A DNA stretch of 38,935 bases, from IMG/VR virus record IMGVR_UViG_3300023267_000006, positions 1 to 38,935 of that record; one strand, given 5' to 3'. The position numbers and the translations under genes were made by a program. Position 1 is the first letter of the stretch. The number at the start of each line of letters is the position of its first letter. Under the pieces are notes generated by a model, which saw nothing but the letters and a program-made list of their open reading frames with translations, searched no databases and was not told the origin of the DNA. The stretch is from a virus (Duplodnaviria > Caudoviricetes). Shown one piece after another: positions 34,866 through 38,935 of the stretch.

Positions 34866-36827
34866 TTAATCCTCATCATCTTTTTCGTAAAAATTCTTCA
34901 CCGGTGGAGCTGCAGGCTGTGCCGGATTCGAGTTCGGCTTATTGCAATACGCTCCATGTTTCGGACGATCTAAAAAGCCATCCTTATAAAGCTCACCAAC
35001 GGCCTTTTTGATAGCGATTTCGCTAAACCGGTCCTCAAATTCAAGGATGATCTCGCCTGTCGTTTTTGTTTCTGGATAGACGATCGTTTCCATGTATTTG
35101 CGGATCGTCTTATAAGCCGTTTGCTTGACCGGTGGTGCAACGATAGTCGTGTGGTGAAACCATCGATCATCTTCGAGCCGGAAAGTCTCAGAGTAATTTT
35201 GCCCGCCGTCGGTCTTTCGCTTTGCGCACTCGATATTTACGGGCTCACCTTTCGAAACGTCACCAAACATATTGATCACGGTCCGGGAAAGAGCCTGGAG
35301 TGCCGACGCCCCGCGTCCTGCATGGACGCCAGCCGTCTCTAATTCGTTTTTGGTCTTACCGTAGTGATGAGCAAACAAAAACGCACAGTCGCCCTTGTAC
35401 GCCATTTTGAGCAGCGGCTTGATGATCTTCTTGGTAACTTCGGCGTTGCTGTTTTCGTCATTGATGTCGTACGCGGCCGAAACATTATCGACAATGATGA
35501 ATTCGACTTTGTTCTGCAATATCAACGCATTCGCCCAGGTCTCATGCCGGTTGAACTGGAAAAGCTCACCATCCATCAAGCCTTTTGGAATAATGATCAG
35601 ATTGTCACGTAAGAATTTAGCCTCAGATGCCCCGAAGACTTTGAACATTTCCCGCATATCGCGTTGAACGTCCTGCGCGTCATTCTCAAAATCGAAGTAC
35701 GCAACCTTTATCGGTCTGTCACCGGCAAAGAACGGCATGAACGGGCGGCCGGCCGCCATGCAGAGCGTGACGTTGCGCAAGAGAGTGGTTTTGCCCGCGT
35801 TCGTCGCGGCCTGAATGATCGCAATATCTCGCTTACCAATGTGAAAACTTAAGATCTCTTTTTCCTCGAACTGAGCATCAAGGAAATCACCAAACAAATA
35901 CGGTATAAGCGTGTTTTCGTAGTCGGCGGGCGTGTCAGCATCGCTTACCGGGTTTAGAACATCCTGCGGAGCATAACGGCTTACCGATCGGGCGATAAGA
36001 TGAAGCTCTTTGTCATCGACCGGCGGTTTGCAGATGCGCTGATTTTCGACTGCAAGAGCTGCGTAGATCGCAGCCTCGGATAAACCTTTCGAGCGCAGGG
36101 CTCCGGCGATCTTTGTCAGCTCGACGTTTCGCTGCCCTTGGTTGATCGAGTCCGGCAAAATAACACCCGGTTGATGTGCCGGAACCACGAATGGCGAAGC
36201 CGGATTAGTCGCACTGTTACCATTTGAGCTTGCTGTCGGCGGCAATGGCTGAGCCAACTTATCGAGCCACACTTGCGGAAAATCGAGAATATCCTCGTTA
36301 TCGGGATTTAGAAGCTCGTAGTTTTTGCCTGAAATGTGTTTTGACGGTGGAGCGATCACATAACCACCATCGCCACGAACGTCGATAAATTTACCTAAAC
36401 GCGAAGCGGAGTTTTTGACAGTAATTCCGGCTGGAAGCCGGTAATAAAAATGAAGTCCGGCCCCCGTTTTCACTTTCGGCGTATTAAAGATCGTCTGATC
36501 GAGGCTACCAATTATCAGGTCGTTTACGTTGGCCCCCTTGCCTTGGTCGACGTCAACCACTACGAGCTGCGATATCTGGCCGGTAGCTATACCGATATTC
36601 GATTCATTCGCACCATCGAACCATGTTTCGATAAGATTTTTATCGGTTGTCGCGTCTAGCGATCCGCGCGACGTTTGCGGGTGCTTTCCCTCAGATTTAC
36701 AGTCCAAATGGCCGCATGTACAAAAGCCGTCGGTAGCTATGCCGTGACAAGGAAACACGGCCCAACCGAATTCGGTTGCGTAATTTAGGGCGTAATCGAG
36801 ATTTGATGGAGATACGATATCTTGCAT
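34866..36827 (-). CDS. Bifunctional primase/polymerase + PriCT + RepA-like (AAA_25) helicase
   Basis: WAVFP, GKHP, NIGIATG, VVDVD, GLHFYY and DVRGDGGYVIAPPS; GQRN PriCT; Walker A ATNAGKTT, IIVD and HHYGK. Confidence 0.92.
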   Translation of the reverse strand: MQDIVSPSNLDYALNYATEFGWAVFPCHGIATDGFCTCGHLDCKSEGKHPQTSRGSLDATTDKNLIETWFDGANESNIGIATGQISQLVVVDVDQGKGANVNDLIIGSLDQTIFNTPKVKTGAGLHFYYRLPAGITVKNSASRLGKFIDVRGDGGYVIAPPSKHISGKNYELLNPDNEDILDFPQVWLDKLAQPLPPTASSNGNSATNPASPFVVPAHQPGVILPDSINQGQRNVELTKIAGALRSKGLSEAAIYAALAVENQRICKPPVDDKELHLIARSVSRYAPQDVLNPVSDADTPADYENTLIPYLFGDFLDAQFEEKEILSFHIGKRDIAIIQAATNAGKTTLLRNVTLCMAAGRPFMPFFAGDRPIKVAYFDFENDAQDVQRDMREMFKVFGASEAKFLRDNLIIIPKGLMDGELFQFNRHETWANALILQNKVEFIIVDNVSAAYDINDENSNAEVTKKIIKPLLKMAYKGDCAFLFAHHYGKTKNELETAGVHAGRGASALQALSRTVINMFGDVSKGEPVNIECAKRKTDGGQNYSETFRLEDDRWFHHTTIVAPPVKQTAYKTIRKYMETIVYPETKTTGEIILEFEDRFSEIAIKKAVGELYKDGFLDRPKHGAYCNKPNSNPAQPAAPPVKNFYEKDDED

Positions 36828-36895
36828 ATTTTGGCACTCGTAATTTGCTCAATACTGCTCTCCGACTTGGCAGAGAGCAGGCGTTCAACAAATTA

Positions 36896-37087
36896 TTAAG
36901 CGATAGTGGAATCGATGATTTCGGCCTCCGAAACCGAAAAAGTCTTATCACCTAACCGCACATCATAAAAAGGCTGAGGTGCTGGATTTTGAAGTGTTTC
37001 CCACATACAACGGGCAACGATACAGGCCCCAGCAACACCGCCGACGGTGCTAACCGTCTGACCCAAACTGAATTTATAAGGTTCCAT
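36896..37087 (-). CDS. Small SH3-like hypothetical protein
   Basis: KFSLGQTV...YDV...VSEAEI; AGGAG SD. Confidence 0.6.
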   Translation of the reverse strand: MEPYKFSLGQTVSTVGGVAGACIVARCMWETLQNPAPQPFYDVRLGDKTFSVSEAEIIDSTIA

Positions 37088-37105
37088 GAATTTTTCTCCT
37101 GTGAA

Positions 37106-37816
37106 TTAAAAAGGAATGACGCACTTATCGCACTGGCAGTTATCGGGATGCCCCGGAACCGGTTGCGATACTTGCGTTCCGGTTGTAGCTGCCGGCTGAG
37201 CTGGTGCCGTTGAACCGGCTGCCGCAGCCGCCGCAACACTTGGTATTGCATCAACCACTGGAGCGGTTTGAGGCTGTCCTGTGAACGTCGGAGCCGCCTG
37301 ACCACTTACCGCTGCTTCGTTTTTAGCTTTTGCGGCCAAAGCAGCTTCTTGCTGAGGCTCGTAATCGAGCGGCTGTATTTCAGCCATACCCTCCATCAGC
37401 GGCATGATCGAACCGATATTGGCGTAGGTCTTATCGCCGACGGTATTATGTACGACCTGGAGCAAGGCGTTTTTGCCTTTAAGGTCCACATCGACGCCTG
37501 GCGGTTTAAGTTCGTCCGGCGTTAGATCGTGTCCGCGCCACTGCAAAAGAAAGGCACGGAGATTTGATTTCTCCGAAAGGATAAGGTTTAACGGCTTTGA
37601 ACGAACGGTAAACCGTTTACCGCTCTCATCGTCAACCTTATTTAGCTGGAAAACATACTGGATCTCGTGAACCGTTTTGGGCTCATCGGCTCCGGTCTGT
37701 TGGTTTTTGTAATTTTTCTGGGAAAAGCCCAGATCTATAACTTCGGCACAAACCCCTTGATATTGCCCTGCCGGAGCTTTCTTAAATTGCGACGTAACTT
37801 CTACATTGATTCCCAT
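37106..37816 (-). CDS. Probable phage ssDNA-binding protein
   Basis: PAGQYQGVC..VIDLG...LSEKSNLRAFL...YANIGSI OB-like core, low-complexity linker, terminal IPF. Confidence 0.7.
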   Translation of the reverse strand: MGINVEVTSQFKKAPAGQYQGVCAEVIDLGFSQKNYKNQQTGADEPKTVHEIQYVFQLNKVDDESGKRFTVRSKPLNLILSEKSNLRAFLLQWRGHDLTPDELKPPGVDVDLKGKNALLQVVHNTVGDKTYANIGSIMPLMEGMAEIQPLDYEPQQEAALAAKAKNEAAVSGQAAPTFTGQPQTAPVVDAIPSVAAAAAAGSTAPAQPAATTGTQVSQPVPGHPDNCQCDKCVIPF

Positions 37817-37927
37817 GATTTTTACTTATTACTCCTTTATTTACTAAAAATACTTCCCTTTCGGGTTCTGAGCTTTACCGCTCAATGAGGCATACCAAGA
37901 GCGATATGCCTAATCAACGGTAAATAT

Positions 37928-38107
37928 TTAGGTCCGGTCTAGCTCGATCGCTCTCAACCATTGCCGGTCGATTTCGTCATATTGTTTTCGCTCCCGAGGC
38001 TTTTCCGCATTCTTTTTGCGTGCTGCCCGGCGTTGTCGTTGGACATTGCCACGGTGATTCCGGCGAAACTGCAAAACAGCCTCAGGATCGATAACATAGA
38101 GCGGCAT
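37928..38107 (-). CDS. 59-aa Arg/Lys-rich protein
   Basis: GGGAG SD; MPLYVIDPEAVLQFRRNHRGNVQRQRRAARKK...ELDRT. Confidence 0.6.
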   Translation of the reverse strand: MPLYVIDPEAVLQFRRNHRGNVQRQRRAARKKNAEKPRERKQYDEIDRQWLRAIELDRT

Positions 38108-38109
38108 AT

Positions 38110-38343
38110 TTACTCCCTGTTTTGCACGATCTCAAAACTCTTAGGCCGAACATCGAGACAAAGATTCCCGTCTTCCATAACGTGAAATGAATCGCACAAA
38201 ATAAGCTGATCACCCACGCGGATCGTGGTTTTAAGGGCTAGTTCCCGCGTACGCGAATCGAGAGCATTCATCTTCAAGGTCTTTCTCGAACAGCCCGCAG
38301 GAACCGCAATAACGATCTTTCCGACTGAATTACGATCCGCCAT
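38110..38343 (-). CDS. Hypothetical protein
   Basis: TAATG coupling to the repeat-protein stop. Confidence 0.6.
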   Translation of the reverse strand: MADRNSVGKIVIAVPAGCSRKTLKMNALDSRTRELALKTTIRVGDQLILCDSFHVMEDGNLCLDVRPKSFEIVQNRE

Positions 38344-38935
38344 TATTCCGGCACCTCGATAAATTCGCCGTTCGAATTAACGGAGTACCAAACACCAGCC
38401 TTTAACCCTTCGCCCTCGTAGCCAACGGCAATGCGGTATCTGTCAGCGGAGTCTGTGTAAGTAAGGGCGATCGCACCGTTTTCACCAATTTTCGCTTTGC
38501 CATTGAGGCCGGCGCTTGCGATTACCGAGTCTTTGCCCGACGAACCGATCTGGGCGTAGTCGCCCGACGAACCGATCTGGGCGTAGTCGCCCGACGAACC
38601 GATCTGGGCGGAGTAGCCCGACGAACCGATCTTGGCGTAGTTGCCCGACGAACCGATCTTGGCGTAGTTGCCCGACGAACCGATCTGGGCGGAGTAGCCC
38701 GACGAACCGATCTTGGCGTAGTTGCCCGACGAACCGATCTGGGCGGAGTTGCCCGACGAACCGATCTGGGCGTAGTCGCCCGACGAACCGATCTTGGCGT
38801 AGTTGCCCGACGAACCGATCTTGGCGGAGTAGCCCGACGAACCGATCTGGGCGGAGTCGCCCGACGAACCGATCTGGGCGTAGTCGCCCGACGAACCGAT
38901 CTGGGCGGAGTAGCCCGACGAACCGATCTTGGCGT
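38343..38935 (-). CDS. 3' part of the 9-aa-repeat protein (begins at 616)
   Basis: Repeats followed by KDSVIASAGLNGKAKIGENGAIAL...GLKAGVWYSVNSNGEFIEVPE*. Confidence 0.85.
   Translation of the reverse strand, partial: AKIGSSGYSAQIGSSGDYAQIGSSGDSAQIGSSGYSAKIGSSGNYAKIGSSGDYAQIGSSGNSAQIGSSGNYAKIGSSGYSAQIGSSGNYAKIGSSGNYAKIGSSGYSAQIGSSGDYAQIGSSGDYAQIGSSGKDSVIASAGLNGKAKIGENGAIALTYTDSADRYRIAVGYEGEGLKAGVWYSVNSNGEFIEVPE
38535..38935 (-). repeat. 27-bp coding tandem repeat, right-end part (14 full + 1 partial units)
   Basis: Units counted by hand; only 3 variable positions. Confidence 0.97.

Larger units (their letters stand above)
1..38935. mobile_element. Temperate siphovirus-type phage genome, circularly permuted, excised (attP) form
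   Basis: Terminase, portal, protease, capsid, tail tube, tape measure, lysis, integrase and repressor modules are all present. No host genes are seen, both ends lie in the same gene, and the att site has arm repeats on both sides. Confidence 0.93.

Noticed and set aside
450-38185. Most plus-strand ORF-track entries overlapping minus-strand genes (e.g. 2282..2896, 7289..7756, 8911..9375, 33533..34096)
   Set aside because: They are antisense shadows of well-supported genes with no recognisable motifs.
38535-38935. CRISPR array
   Set aside because: Units are head-to-tail with no spacers, keep an open reading frame, and there are no cas genes.
1-38935. Diversity-generating retroelement or retron
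   Set aside because: No reverse transcriptase ORF is recognisable and I saw no TR/VR pair.
38891-38935. Terminal direct repeat of the virion DNA
   Set aside because: The match to the left end is explained by the tandem repeat itself; it is an assembly break point.

Overview
The window looks like an essentially complete ~39-kb temperate siphovirus genome in its excised, circular form. It is opened inside a 27-bp coding tandem repeat: one gene runs off position 1 and resumes at 38935. Most genes are on the minus strand: early/replication genes (SSB-like, Prim-Pol/helicase, J-domain, MTase, vWA), packaging (TerS, TerL, portal-MuF fusion), an HK97-type head, a head-module fibre, neck/tail genes and lysis genes. 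A short plus-strand lysogeny operon (repressor, mini-MuF, secreted protein, ImmA/IrrE peptidase, tyrosine integrase) ends at an intact attP with a tRNA-3'-end-like core. A lipoprotein in the lysis cassette suggests a diderm host; the taxon cannot be fixed from sequence alone. The most unusual signals are: (1) a stand-alone copy of the portal's C-terminal MuF Cys domain coupled to the repressor gene; (2) a 49-aa ORF, antisense to the head operon, inside a two-state RNA switch with an 18-bp terminal stem; (3) two inverted ~50-bp palindromes almost diametrically opposed on the circle; (4) a probable +1 UUU-CGU tail-chaperone frameshift. All protein family calls come from motif recognition by eye, not from database searches.
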